A model generated the notes under the pieces. The model saw only the letters and a program-made list of their open reading frames with translations. It searched no databases and was not told where the DNA came from. A DNA stretch of 64,000 nt from the human T2T-CHM13v2.0 reference genome, Homo sapiens, in NCBI RefSeq assembly GCF_009914755.1, contig NC_060947.1; one strand, written 5' to 3'. The translations under genes were made by a program, and so were the position numbers. Positions 28,109 to 44,520 of this stretch are shown piece after piece; the first letter of the stretch is position 1; every line of letters starts with the position of its first letter.

Positions 28109-30409
28109 TTCTAATTTAATTCTTTAAAATTTGCTCCTCAGTGGCTATTTTGTCTTCTAGAAGTATCTAGTTAACCACCCACTGGATTTTGTTTTTCTTG
28201 AGAGTAAGGCAGCTTGATTTAGCTCTTAGGATATGTTTCTTACACGACTTTGGTTCCCATCTGAACTTGTCTAAAAGAACAAAACAGTTAAGTGTAGTTT
28301 GGACAAGTGAAGGTATATTTTTTCTCAATATGATTTCTTCATTCTTCCAAGTTCAAATTGTTGGCCGCTATTAGTTACCTTAATTGTAGAATTAGCTCTG
28401 GAGAGATTAAAGACTGAATATATGCAGCGCTATAATTTTGTTGATAGGTTGAACTTTATTTTACTGTTCTTTTCCTCAGGGCTGTCACGTTAGCCTGGTC
28501 TTCTGAGTATTTCATGTAACTTTCCATACTTCTCATTTAGGGACATATGTAGGAGAACAATAAAGTATTTGATTGGTATTTATTCTTTCAAAGGAGCCCT
28601 GTGAGGGAATACTCCAGGTGGAACATAAGGAGTCATGGTAACAAATGTGTTTTTGCTTATAAATTACCTATAGTTCTTATTTTTTAAATCCATAAAATGT
28701 TCTAAATACATATTTTAACTCATGAAGGCTAACTGATCTACTTAAAGTACTTGAATATTCACATTACATCACAACATAGCACTTAGTAGGCCTAGGTTTA
28801 AAGGGAGCAAATATGCAATATTCACTAACTATGCTACAATTAACATTTGTAAGAGCACTTTTTTTGATGTTTAAATCATTTGTTCACAGGATAAGCTATC
28901 TCGATGGAGAAATATTTAGATTTGTATTCTTTTTATTTAATTTATACTTTGTAAGGATGTATCATTTTAATAAGTAGAAAATATCCGTAATTATTTTTTA
29001 ACATCACATTCAGAAAAAAAGTGTATATTTATTTGCCTATATCTAAATATGGCTGCTTTGTGGACTTGCTTATGGAATATATACTGTGAAGTATGGAATT
29101 ACTTTTAAGTAATTTTTGTTTAAAAGATATACCAAAAATGCATACCTTGAACTTACCAATTAATGGTACTACAACTAGGCTTTTCACCTCTGCTAGATTC
29201 TCTAAAATATCTTACAGTCCCCTTTGTAGCCCCTTAAGCATACCTACTCTTTTACACCTAGGAGAAGAGAGATAGCCTGAATCTTTATGATTTAAAAAGA
29301 GTGATAAGGCCATTTCCTTACCAGAATCATTGCAGAAACATTGTGGAAATTAAGCCACTAACTTCCTGAAACATTCCGAAATATCTGTGAATAATGCATG
29401 TTATTAAGGTATACCAAAAAGGAAATAAATAATAAAACAATACAAATAACACTTGTTCTTTGAAACCAAAGTGTTATTTTACCAAGAAGAATTATTTTAT
29501 GGACTATTAAGACATTCCACTTATTTTCTTCTAAAAAATATTTGGGCAGGGAAAGTTTCAGTTCAAATATAACTATAAAGTCATGAAAGACTACTCTCTT
29601 GCCACCTTTCTTTCCTCTGGACCCTCTACCCATGGCATACATATCCTCAATCCAGAAAATTACCTAGTTATTTATTTTTACCTTTAAATAGCAATTTTCA
29701 GACTTCCTATTTCTGGTTGGAACTTTTTCAGAAGGATTCCTTAGGAGATAATATCAATATGTGCATAAGATAATTGAATTTTATCACACTTGATTTTGAC
29801 TCTTCAATATAGTTACCTAAATTATCAAAATTTGGAGTCCTTAATAAATATGGCTGAGACAAGAGCCATTTAGCTTTTTAATGAGAATATTTATAAGACC
29901 TTTTAAAATTATAAATTTCAAATATTAAATAACACTTAGACCCTTAAGAATTAGTTGAATCCCTAAATTCAGTATGCAGTGTCTTAAACAGGCTATTAAT
30001 AAGGTTGTCTTTAAAACATTTTTACTTTATTGGTATAGTAATAAAAGGCTAGGTATAATGAAAGGGATCAAGATCATATGTGTTATGTATTTATTTATAT
30101 TTCCACATCCATGATTGTATGACTAAGTGCAAAAGAACTGAGGTAAGAAATAAAGGTGTTGCAGTATTGTGGACACTGTCAACTGCTTAGATGAACAAAT
30201 AAACTTTCTCCCAGAACAAACTTCATAACTGAAGAGAAATTGCTGTTTGCATAATCCAAATTGAGGCATACAGGAGCAATACAGGCAAAGAAAATAGAAA
30301 GTTCAAATAAAATTTAAGATTTAAAGAGTGGAACAGAGGAAGCAGATCTCAGTGTATATGAACCAGGATTTATATTTAATTCATGAAAACAATGGAAGAA
30401 CAAACTCAC

Positions 30410-31808
30410 TGGTAGAAGAACAGACACATAGACCAATGAAACAGAATAGATAGCACAGAAATAAAACTGCACATCTGCAACTATTGAATCTTCCAAAAAC
30501 CTGACAAAAATGATCAATGGGAAAAGAATTCCCTGTTGAATAATTGGTGCTGGAAAAACTGGCTGCTCATACGCAGAAGATTGAAAGTTGACCCCTTCCT
30601 TATACCGTACACAAAAATTAACTCAAGATGGGTTAAAGACTTAAATGTAAAAGCCAAAAGTTTGAAAACCCTGGAAGATAACCTAGGTAATACCATTCTG
30701 GACATAGGAATGGACAAGGATTTTGTGACAAAGTTGCCAAAAGCAATTGCGACAAAAGCAAAAATTGACAAATGTGATCTAATAAAACTAAAAAGCTTCT
30801 GCACAGCAAAACACACTATCAACAGAGTGAACAGACAACCTACAGAATGGGAGAAAGTTTTAGAAAACTATGCATCCAACAAAGGTCTAATATCCAGCAT
30901 CTATAAGGAACTTAAACAAATTTACAAGAAAAAAACAACCCCATCAAAAAGTGAGCAAAGGACATGAACAGATGCTTTTCAAAAGAAGACATACATGCAG
31001 CCAACAATCATATGAAAAAAGCTCAACATCATCTCATCATTAGACAAATGCAAATCAAAACCACAATGAGATACCATCTCATACCAGTCAAAATAGCTAT
31101 TATTAAAAAGTAAAATAATAACAATAATAATAACAATAACAGATTCTGGTGAGGTTTTGGGGAAAAAGGAACATTTACACCTGTTGGTTGGAGTGTAAAT
31201 TCAGCCATTATGAAAGACAGTGTGGCTATTCTTCAAAGACCTAAAGACAGAAATACCATTCAACCCAGCAATCCCATTACTGGGTATATGCCCAGAGGAA
31301 TATAAATCATTCTATTTTTAAGTCACATGCATGTGTATGCCCATTGCAGCAGTATTTGCAAGAGCAAAGACATGGAATCAAACTAAATGCCCATCAATGG
31401 TAGACTGGATAAAGAAAATGTGGTAGATATACACCATAGAATACTAATGCAACCATAAAAAATAAGATCATCTTCTTTGCAGGGATGTGGATGGAGCTGG
31501 AGGTCATTATCTTTAACAAACTAATGCAGGAAGAGAAAACCAAATACCACATGGTCACACTTATAAGTGGGAGCTAAATGATGAGAACACATGGACACAT
31601 AGAGGGGAACAACAGATACTGGGGTCTATTGGAGGGTGGAGGGTGGGAGGAGGAAGAAGATGAGGAAAGATAACTAACAGGTACTAGGCTTAATACCTGG
31701 GCGATGAAGTAATCTGTTCAACAAAACCCTGTGACACAAGTTTACTTATGTAACAAGCCTGAACTTGTACCCCGAAATTAAAATAATAGTTAAAGAAAAA
31801 AAACAAAC
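30410..31808 (+). mobile_element. 5'-truncated L1PA (about L1PA11-14), ORF2 C-terminus, 3'UTR and A tail
   Basis: ORF 30536-30967 NWCWKNWL...[19 protein letters not shown]...[10 protein letters not shown] is L1 ORF2. G-rich 3'UTR tract at 31621-31652. Confidence 0.95.
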
Positions 31809-31849
31809 AGCTAACTCTAGATTGGTGAAGTTAGAAGAGTTATTCTGGC

Positions 31850-33830
<1,981 letters not shown>

Positions 33831-33835
33831 TTTCA

Positions 33836-33929
33836 GTTTTTCTTTTTTTTATTATTATACTTTAAGTTCCAGGGTACGTGTGCACAACGTGCAGGTTTGT
33901 TACATATGTATACATGTGCCATGTTGGTA
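33836..33929 (-). mobile_element. Very short young L1PA (about PA3-5) 3' end
   Basis: ttattattatactttaagttccagggtacgtgtgcacaacgtgcaggtttgttacatatgtatacatgtgccatgttggt. Confidence 0.92.
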
Positions 33930-34586
33930 CATTTAGGTTACATAATGCCACATAAGAAAAACTAAAACTTTTGTAGGAAAATACATTAAAACAATGAAGA
34001 AAAGAAACAACTAGAAATTTAAAATATCGTGGGAAGGAACAACAGAAGAAGCTTATTTCAGAGATATTCCTTTGAAAATAGATTTTCCTGTCTGATATGC
34101 ATTTAACAAAGTGCAGACACATCAGTAGAACTCAACCATTGTTGAGAAATAATGTTTTTCTTAATCTTGATGTCTTAACAATACCACATGTACCCAGTCT
34201 TCATCAGAACATTTTTGAGGAGGCTTAAGAATTATAACAACCTATTCTCATTAACCTATTTATGTGTAATTAAATCATACTATTTCCTCAAATCTCCTTC
34301 GATTAACCAGAATGTCTCATTTGCGTGATAATTCTTATTTCAGAGTACTTTAAAATTTTCAAGATGCCTGAAGTGATGCTCTGTTTTATAACATACCAAG
34401 GCCTTTTGTCTTGTAAAGTTCCTCATGAATGTTCTCATTTTCCTGTACCCTGAAGTTTTCTTTCTCTCTAGGTTTAGCCTTCGTATAACTTCACCTCCTC
34501 TGCTTTTTTTTTTTTAATCATCAGCAGCTGCTCTCCAACCAAACTGTGCTGAGCTCTTTGAAAACTTCTGTTACTCACTAGTTGTT

Positions 34587-34603
34587 TTCAGCAGATGGCA
34601 CTG
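34587..34603 (+). promoter_or_regulatory. Candidate CTCF motif
   Basis: ttcagcagatggcactg closely matches the CTCF core consensus. Motif match only. Confidence 0.45.
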
Positions 34604-36306
34604 TTATTTAGGCTAAACAATTTGTCAACAGGGCAAGGTAATTATTCTTACAAGATTTTTTTTCTAGAACAATAGTATGTCTGTGTATGTAAAATTAACA
34701 TTGACTTATACTAAAAAAGGAAACTAAAACAAAGAAATTCCCCATGAAGCATAGCTACACTAAAATTATAAAAACATTTAAAATATCACAAAATACCCAA
34801 GTGAAATCAAATGTTCAATTGCCATTTTTTTACATTCTTATTTTTGCTAAATGCAACTTAATATTCAGACAATTTTAAAGGTACCTTTATGAATCAAGGT
34901 AAATTTGGTGCAAGTGCTAAAAACCAAATGCTCTCGCTTGCTACTACAAAGCTCAGGTGATCAGTAAATTGGTCTTATCTAATTTATATGGTGAAATGTT
35001 TTTCAGATATCTAATTCATATAAATGGATAACAGAGGCCAGGGTTCTATTGAAGTTGAGAGTGGAAGGGGTGCATGGTAGTGTTTTAATACCAAGACAAT
35101 CACTTATTAGCAAAGTAAAATTAAGCATTTGTGGGTCTCAGTTTTATTTGTAAAATATGAATGATAATACTGAAAATGCAGGGTTACAAGGGTAAGAAAT
35201 AATGTGATAATTATTATCTACCCACTAGCTCAAATAAACAAGCAAAAAAAAAAATACAAAAAAATGAAGGAAGAAGATCAAAAGGAATATTCTCTTTTCT
35301 AATGACGGACGTGTTTTTCACACACACTTCAATGTCTATATTGCCACATTGCATGGAAGAACACCAGTGGTAGCCTTGTAAGTTTCCCTTTTATATCTGG
35401 CAGCTGATTCCAGCTGCACCTAAGCCAAGAGGTCATACTACTTTTTGTACTTACTAGGGGAAGGCTATTCAGAACCATAGAATCCAACTTTATATGTATA
35501 CAGTAATCATCACGGAATAGTCTCAAGGATTTTGAACTATGTTCTTATAGCTATGTTTTTGTAAAGCTAAATATCTCAGGTCTTTCCTATCACCTCACTG
35601 TCCAGATCCTAAATACACAGACAGCTTATGTGTTTGACCTCAGCCACTAATGGATAATACCTAGCATTTGTTAATTTCCATCTCCCAAATTAAAACAATC
35701 TGTCCAATAAAATTTTTAATGCCCAATACAATATTTACTGAATTTTATTTGTTTCCCAGAACAATACTGAGAGCAGCCTTAATATTCTATTCACAGAACT
35801 GCATTCCAACTCACCCCTCCACATCACATCCAATTACAAGTTTTGACGAACAGGACCATCCTTTGATTACAGGTTGGGTTCCCCTAGAGAGGATTCTCAC
35901 ATTAGCTGCCTTAAAATATATCTCCCTTCCCTTTCGAGTGCATAGAAAATATGTTTTTCAGATTCCTTAAAGATGATCCATGTGATACCAGAATATGGTA
36001 AACAGCACATATACCCTGGAAATGGAGGTATTTCCATAAGGCAGAGAATGGGGTTGGTTAGAAAAAAAGAACTTCCTGAAGAAACAGGAAGTGACATCCT
36101 ATCTGGTAAGAAGTATGTTTAAAATCCTTTCCCCTAGAGATGGTGATGAGTGTTTGGGAGTTCCTGAGCAGTGGGGTTCAGAGACAATAAGGAGTGTCAG
36201 CACACAACAGAGGAGGCCTATAATGCCTAACATATCTTATGGGTTACAGAAAAGTGGGTATAAAATAAATGAGGAGAGAACCTTGTCTTATTAAGAGCTT
36301 TGAGGA

Positions 36307-36497
36307 TTTTAATTTTTTTAATTTTTAACTTTTGTGGATACATTGTAGGTGAATATATTTATGAAGTATATGAGATGTTTTGACCTACAGGTATGCAAAT
36401 AAAATGAGCACATTGTGAACAATGGGGTATCCGTCCTCTCAAGCATTTATCCATTGAGTTGCAAACAATCCAATTACACTCTTTATGTTATTTTAAC
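36307..36497 (-). mobile_element. L1MA1/2-type 3' end
   Basis: aatggggtatccgtcctctcaagcatttatcc...caaacaatccaattacactctt. Confidence 0.85.
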
Positions 36498-37409
36498 ATT
36501 TTGAAAAAGAAAAAAAACTCTAACTCAATAGTTAAGGAAAGAATTCAAGCAGCTGCATTATAAAGATGATCTTTAGGTGATTCTGACATAAACTTTAGCT
36601 GTAAACTTGCAAGAAGATGTACAAATACAAAGCCAAACCATAAATATGGCTGCCATAATATAGGAAAGGTAAGCACAAGGTCAGGGTTCTTGCTATTTAG
36701 GGGTGAAAATATGTGCAAACTTTATAGACCAATAATTAAAATTATTGTTATATTAACTTAGATTCCAAGAATCTGTAGTAAGTGTAACTGTCATGATTTC
36801 AGATATTTCCAGGAATGTTGGAATAAGAACATATGACAAAAAATATTCTAGGAAAGAAATTGCCAATTGCATGGCTGCCACCTATATACAACTTTAACAA
36901 ATTAATGGGATCCTTCCATCAATACACAAATGGCAGTCCATGATTTTTAGCTTCATTCCACCTGGCCCTGAGGGTCATCTTTCAGCATGCTACTGTTCTT
37001 AACAGATGAATAGATGAAGAGACTATTTCTTTAAAACACAACATAAATACTGGTGGCTTTTCTTTTTTGATCTTTTATGGAATTGGATTTATTTTGTGGT
37101 TCAGCAGCCTTTAGTTCTTTATCAAAAAAAATTTGATACCCTACATATACCATCCCAATACTCTTAGCAGTGGGAGTGTTGGGCCAAAATATACGACAAA
37201 CCTTTCTAAAGAAGGTGAAATAAAACTATTGAATAAGAAAGTAATGAAATTTGATCTTAAACCAAAACCAAATCTATAATTTGGATGTTACTATCAAAAA
37301 GGAATAGTTTAGTAGTTTCAGATGAAAAGAATTAAACATATTGACCTTCTATGGATCATAAATTTCAGTCTAAAGCATCAGTCCTAAAAATAAGATATTT
37401 TTTATCCTC

Positions 37410-37900
37410 ATACAGGACATGCTTGAAACCTTCCCAGGGAGTCTGCAGGCAAAACTATTTTCATCGTAATTATGAGTCATCATTTGTCTATTTTCATTCT
37501 TATTCTCTCACAAATGTTACAGTTGAGTTTTCCAGAGATTCTATGACATATGACATTGCAGCAGACACAGATATACATATGAGCAATCAACTGCCTTCTA
37601 CTAAGCTAGATATTTAAAAGATGTGCAAAAGTATGAAAGTGATATCACACTTCTAACTAGTTTTTATTATGGAAAATTTATTTTTTAAATAAAATTATTA
37701 CGTTATTATTAGTATGTTAGTTACATCAACATGTAATGGGTTTAGTAACAAATATATATTTTACATTCTTTTCAGTTTTCATATCTAATGTAGTAAATAT
37801 TGATAACCCAATCTACTTAACCAGAAGCCTTTTGAGATCCTCCAGAATTTTTAAGAGTTTAAATGAGTCCCCTGAAATGGGAGAGTTTGAGTACTGTTTA
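37410..37900. mobile_element. MER119/Charlie1-related hAT relic
   Basis: caaaactattttcat...gagttttccagag...ccttctactaagctagatatttaaaagatgtgcaaaa...gagtttgagtactg. Confidence 0.75.
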
Positions 37901-38293
37901 TTTAAAGATATGACTATTTCCATCTGTTCTTTATCTTATCTTAAAATCTTTGACCTAACAAGTGATATGAGAGTCCAAGGATTTTGACCTTTTCAAAAAA
38001 TACACAAATATTTAATTATATTACTTTCAGAATATGCCTTAGAAGATCTAATCTAAAGTGAAAGTAGAGATTACAGTAAGTTCAATTAGCAGGAACACTA
38101 TTGGTAATTTCTATGTCAGGTGAAATGCTGAGAAATAGCACTAAGATGAAAAAAACAGAAGCATTTCTGTCAGAAAAAGCATTATGTATTTACTTATCAC
38201 ATTTAGGCATTTTCTATAGCATATCACAACAATTCAATATATATAAATATTTAAAAATTTTTCTAATATTAATAATTTTAATCTTAATATTTT

Positions 38294-38606
<313 letters not shown>

Positions 38607-39560
38607 TAAAAACATAATATAAAAGAATCTCATCTCAAAAGTATTTTTCCTGCATGTGCTTCTTACTTTAGGATTATGTAGGAGACACTAAATGACAACT
38701 ACAAAGCAGCTTACCAAAAGTTATTTCATAGGATAGTCAAATAAAAGCATCATCACTGCTGTTACATAATTGCAATGTGCTTCTCTTTCTTTTAAAAAGA
38801 ATTCTTTGGGAACTCAGAGTAAAGCTAATTTTTGCCACCAAGCTCTGACAAGACATCTAAATCTTATTCTGAAATTGCTGGTTCAAGCTTGGACTACTTC
38901 TGAAAAAAAATCTGCCAATCAAGTTAAAATGTGTGGTGGCTTGTCAAGCCTTGTCCAGAAGCAATTAGAAGAAAATGACCTACAGCATTTCCATTTGTAC
39001 ATAGAGAATTTAAAGGCCTGTCACAAAAGGTGAAAGGCTATTTCATTAAGCCTTTGCTGACAGAGAAAGGAGACCCTCTTGATGGGAGTTCAGCCCATAA
39101 ATAATGTTGTTCTGGAAAGAAACAGTGGTAATTGTGCCCTAGGACTAAAAAGAAATTAGGGAAGACATACTAAATATTAAGAAATAGGCCTACATTATAA
39201 CAATTTGCTTTACATTGCTCTTGTTTGTTTTTCTTTTAGAATAATATTTTGGTAGGCCGCCCAGATAGTATTAACTTTTGGCATGTGTATGAGGTTAAGT
39301 ATTTTAGGGTTATGGTAAAATAAAGTTAACATAATTCCTTGAAAAGTAAAAATCTTGTTTTTCTTGTGTATTCTTAATATCAAATACGATGGTTAGTTTT
39401 AACTATCTAGCCAGTAGTAGTTGGGAGAATAAGGTTTCAAGACTCTGAAGACCTGGCTTGTTAATGTGTCTCTGTCAAAATCTCCAAGTATAATTAGATC
39501 CCCTTTTTCTCTTTATAAAAGGAAGACAATAACAATTTACTTCACTATCTTAAAATATGG

Positions 39561-39955
39561 TGTCTTAGGACATTTGTGTTGTTATAAAGGAATACCTGAG
39601 GTTGGGTAATTTATTTAAAAAAGAGGTTTATTTGGTTTACGATTCTGCAGGCTGGACAAGAAGCATGGCACAAGCATCTGCTTGTGAGGAGGGCTTCAAG
39701 CTGCTTTCAGGCAGAAGGGGGAGAGCAGGCATCACATGATGAGAGAGGAAGGGAGGAAGAGAGAGAGAGGAGGAAGGTGCCAGACTCTTTTTAACAGTCA
39801 GATCTCATGGGAACTAAGAGCAAAAACTCAATCTTGCAAAAATGGCACCGAGTCATTCATGAGGGATCTGCCCCCATGACACCAAGCCCCACCTCCAACA
39901 TTGGGGTCAAATTTCAACATGAGATTTGGAAGGGCCAAATATCCAAACTATATCA
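39561..39955 (-). mobile_element. MaLR solo LTR, MSTB-like, inserted in a MIR relic
   Basis: tataaaggaatacctgagg...aagcatggcacaagcatctgc...aaatttcaacatgagatttgga...ccaaactatatca. Confidence 0.9.
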
Positions 39956-40114
39956 AACAGTGAATATTAAGTGAACTAGTATGTATAATCATTGAAAACT
40001 CATTCACACTATGGTAATTACCCAGGGGATTGGATGGGAGTGTGAAGGGAACATTCCAATTGCCTGTTGTGGGGATTTTGTTGTTGTTTTATATCTTTCT
40101 TGTGTACAGGATTT

Positions 40115-40158
40115 GAAAAAATGGTTGAAAACTACTGAAAAAATGGTTGAAAACTACT
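40115..40158. repeat. Perfect 22-bp tandem duplication
   Basis: gaaaaaatggttgaaaactact x2. Confidence 0.95.
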
Positions 40159-40214
40159 GAACTATAATATATTTGATATGATATGATATTAAATATATGA
40201 TAATATAATTGCTG

Positions 40215-40690
40215 GTGGTGGCAGTATAGAATAAGGAAAATATCAAGGGTCTTTAAGCAAGGATGGCTTAGGTTCAAATCTCATTTTCTACACTTCCTTT
40301 CTATATAACCAAGTTACTCAAGCTTTGTGAACTTCAGTGTCCTCACTTTGCGAGTAGGGATGATGATCCTTATCTTAAAGCAGTGATTCTTAGTTGGGGG
40401 CAATTCCCTCGTCTAGGGGACAGTTAAGAACGTCTGGAGACACTTGGTTGTCACAACCTGGGGAAGTGCTACTGGCATTTAATGGGTAGAAAACAGGATC
40501 ATTACTAAATATCCTACAGTGCACAGGACAGCTCCCTCAACCCCAAACAAAGAATTATCTGGCCTAAAATGTCAGCTACCTCCAAGGTTAAGAAAATTTG
40601 ACTTAAAGGTCTATTGTAAGGCTCCAAAGAGATTCTCTATATGAACACACCTAGCAAAGTACCTGGGACATAATTAGAGATCAAAACACC
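40215..40690 (+). mobile_element. MIR split by MER20
   Basis: ggttcaaatctca...aagttactcaagctttgtgaacttcagtgtcctcac. Resumes attgtaagg...cacctagcaaagtacctgg. Confidence 0.7.
40381..40600. mobile_element. MER20 hAT element
   Basis: cagtgattct...gtctggagacacttggttgtcacaac...gtgctactggcat...cctacagtgcacaggacagc. 8-bp TSD (t/a)cttaaag. Confidence 0.9.
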
Positions 40691-42544
40691 ATCAATTTAT
40701 CAGTTAGATTGATCCTCCTACAAGGACAAATGAATTGTCTGTAGTAATGTCCTAAATTTGGCCCTGCTGAGCCCATATATATTTTATTAGCTGAATGTGC
40801 AATATTTTCCCAGAAATCCTCTCCTGAAATTGTTCAATGAAGCCCCAAGATGGCTTATATATGTGACATAAATGTCTTTAGGATCTCTTACATTAATGAG
40901 CTGCAGGTAAAATGGTTTTTCTTCTAGTGTTTTTTGAGGCAGGGTGGAGTGGAGTGGATTAAACACAAGGAGCTTTCTCCCGTATACTGAAACCCACTGC
41001 CTACAACTCTGACATTTTATTTTTTGGTCTGTTATCTTCAGGGTGTCCTCCTTATCTGAGTATCATGGTTTTTAGACCCCTGCAGCTATGGGGCCACTGA
41101 GCAACAGTAGCTATAAAACATTGGTTACATTTACTAATGAACTGATGACTTATAAACATTTTCCAGACTCAAATATTCCTCACAAGTCTATCCCAGTCCA
41201 TCCCTTCAAAGATCAGTATCTGACCATGTGAATACAGTGCAATTTGATTATAAAACCAAATTGCAATGATTGCAAAAAAATAAGAAAGCTGGGTAATTAT
41301 GAGTATTGATAGCGATAGGGGATTTAGTATGTTCCATACATTACTGGTGAGAGCACAGACTGGTGCCATATGACCTAGTAATCTAAGTACATTGGTTCCC
41401 TAAAATGCAGCAATTCTACTCTAATATGAACAGGCATGATGACCTCCACTGAGTTCTTATTTGTGGAGTCTTGGAATTGATAGAAGTTGGAGGTAATGTG
41501 GTAATATGGTTGTCCATAGCTGGAAAAGTAGATAGGCAAAAACTAGCCATTGCATACCAATGAGTACTTTGCAACAGTAAGAAGCAATGTCATAACTACA
41601 TGGCTGGAACCTAAAACATGGTACTTAATTCCAGGAAGGTGTTGGTGAAGAATTGCTTGAACCATAGCCTGAAACACTGACAGAGTGAGATCAGTTTAAA
41701 ATTGAAAAAAATAAAAACTGACAAGGATGAAAACAAATGATAGGCACCTCAAAAGATAATTATTTGAATTTCAAAGAATCAAGAAATATTTATGAGAAAA
41801 ATCAATAAAGCCCTGAAATTATTTTCCCTAAATGGCTCCACAATCAAGCTGTGGATACCAGCAGGGGGAAAAATAACTCATGCCTACAGGGGTTTGGAGG
41901 ACTCAATGCTTGATTTACACAATTTTGTTCTAATATGTGATGGCAATTTAATATTTTTAAGTATTAGCTGAACTTAATTTTGAGTCTATTTAAGGATGAT
42001 AACCTAAATGAATTTTTGTTTAAATCATTTAATATTCATTTTAGTCTAGATTTCAATAGAATTTGTTTTTATAGCCTTTTCCAACTTCTCATTATCTTAG
42101 AATACTAATGAACACCTGTACTCCTCCCAAAATCCGTTATTCCATTCCATCTGTTAAAGATGTCTCTGTTTCCTCCACCTTGATGGGTGGTTCCCTGCTA
42201 CTACCTCCTCAGGACCTTAACACTATTCTCCCTATTTCTCTAGTGGAAAAATGCCTTCCGTTTCAAAGAGATACACAAAGCAGAGCTTTTTGAGCCCCTG
42301 TGAATATAGATCTTCCTTCAATCCTCAGCCATATCCTTACTAGAATTCACAGCCATGCTAGGAAGCATTCTAAGTAGGGGATGGAGGGTAGGGGCAGACT
42401 TAGTATGTAAATATTAATCTCTTAAATCTGAGTACCAACTCCTGTCTTTCATATATTTACCTCTTGTGCTCTCACTCCAATAATTTTTTTGAGAAATAAC
42501 ATTTTGGGTTCATTTACAACACTTCAGCAAAGTTTTATTTATTT

Positions 42545-44520
42545 TTATTAGCATCAGTAGTGTTTCTATATGCTAATAGTAAACTATCTGTAAAAGAAAT
42601 CAATAAAACAACTCCATTTACAATAGCTACAAAAATAAGATATCTAGGAATAAACTTAAGCAAGGAAGTGAAAGATTTCCATACTGAAAATTAGAAAAAT
42701 TTTATGAAATAAATTGAAGAGGATGCAACTAAATGGAATGATATCCCATGTTCAGAAATTGAAAAAATCAACATTGTTAAAATGTCCATACTACCCAAAG
42801 TAATCCACATATTTGGTGCATACCCTATCAAAATACCAATGATATCCTTCACAGAAATAGAAAAAAATCCAAAAATTCATATGGAAAAACAAAGGACACC
42901 AAATAGCTGAGACAATCCTAGGCAAAAAGAACAAAGCTGGAAGCATTACATTACCTGACTATAAGATATACTACAAAGCTATAGGAACCAAAACAGCATG
43001 GTACTGGCATAACAACAGGCATATAGACCAATGGAACAGAAAGAGACCCCAAAATAAATTCATGTACCTATAGCCAACTGATTTTCAATAAAGGTGTCAA
43101 AAATATACATTGGCAAAAAGAGTCTTTTCAATAAATGGGGCTGGGAAAATTGTATATCCACATGTGGAGTAATGATATTTGAACCTTATTTCACTTTGTA
43201 TACAAAAATCAACTCAAAATGGGTTCGACATAAATGTAAACCCTGAAACTATAAAACTACTTGAAGAAAACATAGAGGAATGCTCCATGACATTAGTCTG
43301 GACAATTATTTTATGGATATGACCCCAAAAGCACAGGCAGTAAAAGAAAAATAGACAAATAGGATTACATCAAACTAAAAAATTTCTGCACATCCAAGGA
43401 AACAACAGAATAAAGAGACAATCTACAGAATGGCAGAAAATATTTGCAAACTACTTTTCTGAAAACATGTTAATATCCAGAATATATAAGGGACTTAACA
43501 GCAAAAAAAAAAACCCCAAATAACCCAACTATAAAATAGGCAGAGAACCTTAATAAAGATTTCTCAAAAGAAGACAAATGGCCCACAAGTATATGAAAAA
43601 ATTTTAATGTCAGTAATCAAGACCACAATGAGATACCACCTTTTTCCGGTTAGAATGCTTACTATCAAAAAGATGAAAGAAAACAAGTGTTGATAAGGAT
43701 AAGTGTTAAAAAGGGAAAAGTGACACACTGCTGGTGGGATTTTAAGTTCATACGGCTATTATGGAAAACAGTATGGAGATTCCTGAAAATATTAAAAACA
43801 AAACTACCATATGATCCAGCAATCCCGCTACCAGGAACATATTCAAAGGAAATGAAATCAGTATATTGAAGATATATCACTGCCCCCATGTTTATTGCAA
43901 CACTACTTACAAATAGCCAAGATATGGAAGCAAACTAATTGTCCAACAATGGATGAATAAAGAAAATGTGGGATATATAGACAATAGAACACTATTCAGC
44001 CATAAAAAACAATGAAATCCTGTCATTGGAGACAACATGAATAAACCCGGAGGACATCATGTTAAGCAAAATAAGCCAGACACAGAAAGACACATACTGC
44101 ATGTTCTCACTCATATGTGAAATGTTTTAAAAATTAAAAAATTTTGATAACATAAAAGCAAAGAATAGAACAATGGTTACTAGCCCTGAGGAGGGGAAAA
44201 GGGTGAGGAGGATGGGGAAAGGTTGGCCAATAGGTACAAAGTAACAATCAGATGGGCGGAATAAGTTATGTTGTTTATTGTATAGCAAAGTGATTATGGT
44301 CAACAGTAAAGTACTGTATATTACAAAGTAACTAAAAGTAAAGCTTTCAAATGTTGTAATCACAAACAAATGATAAATGCATGAGGTGATGGATGCACTA
44401 ACTATCCAGATTGGATCGTTATACAACACAAATATGTATCAAAATATCAAATTGTACTCCATAAATATGTACAACTATAATGTGTCAATTAAATATTAAA
44501 ATAGATTAAAAATAAAAAAT
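42545..44520 (+). mobile_element. 5'-truncated L1MA (ORF2 and 3'UTR)
   Basis: ORF2 peptides such as [26 protein letters not shown]1MA-type 3'UTR and A-rich tail. Confidence 0.93.

Noticed and set aside
30536-30967. 143-aa ORF
   Set aside because: It is a fragment of decayed L1 ORF2 in a 5'-truncated copy.
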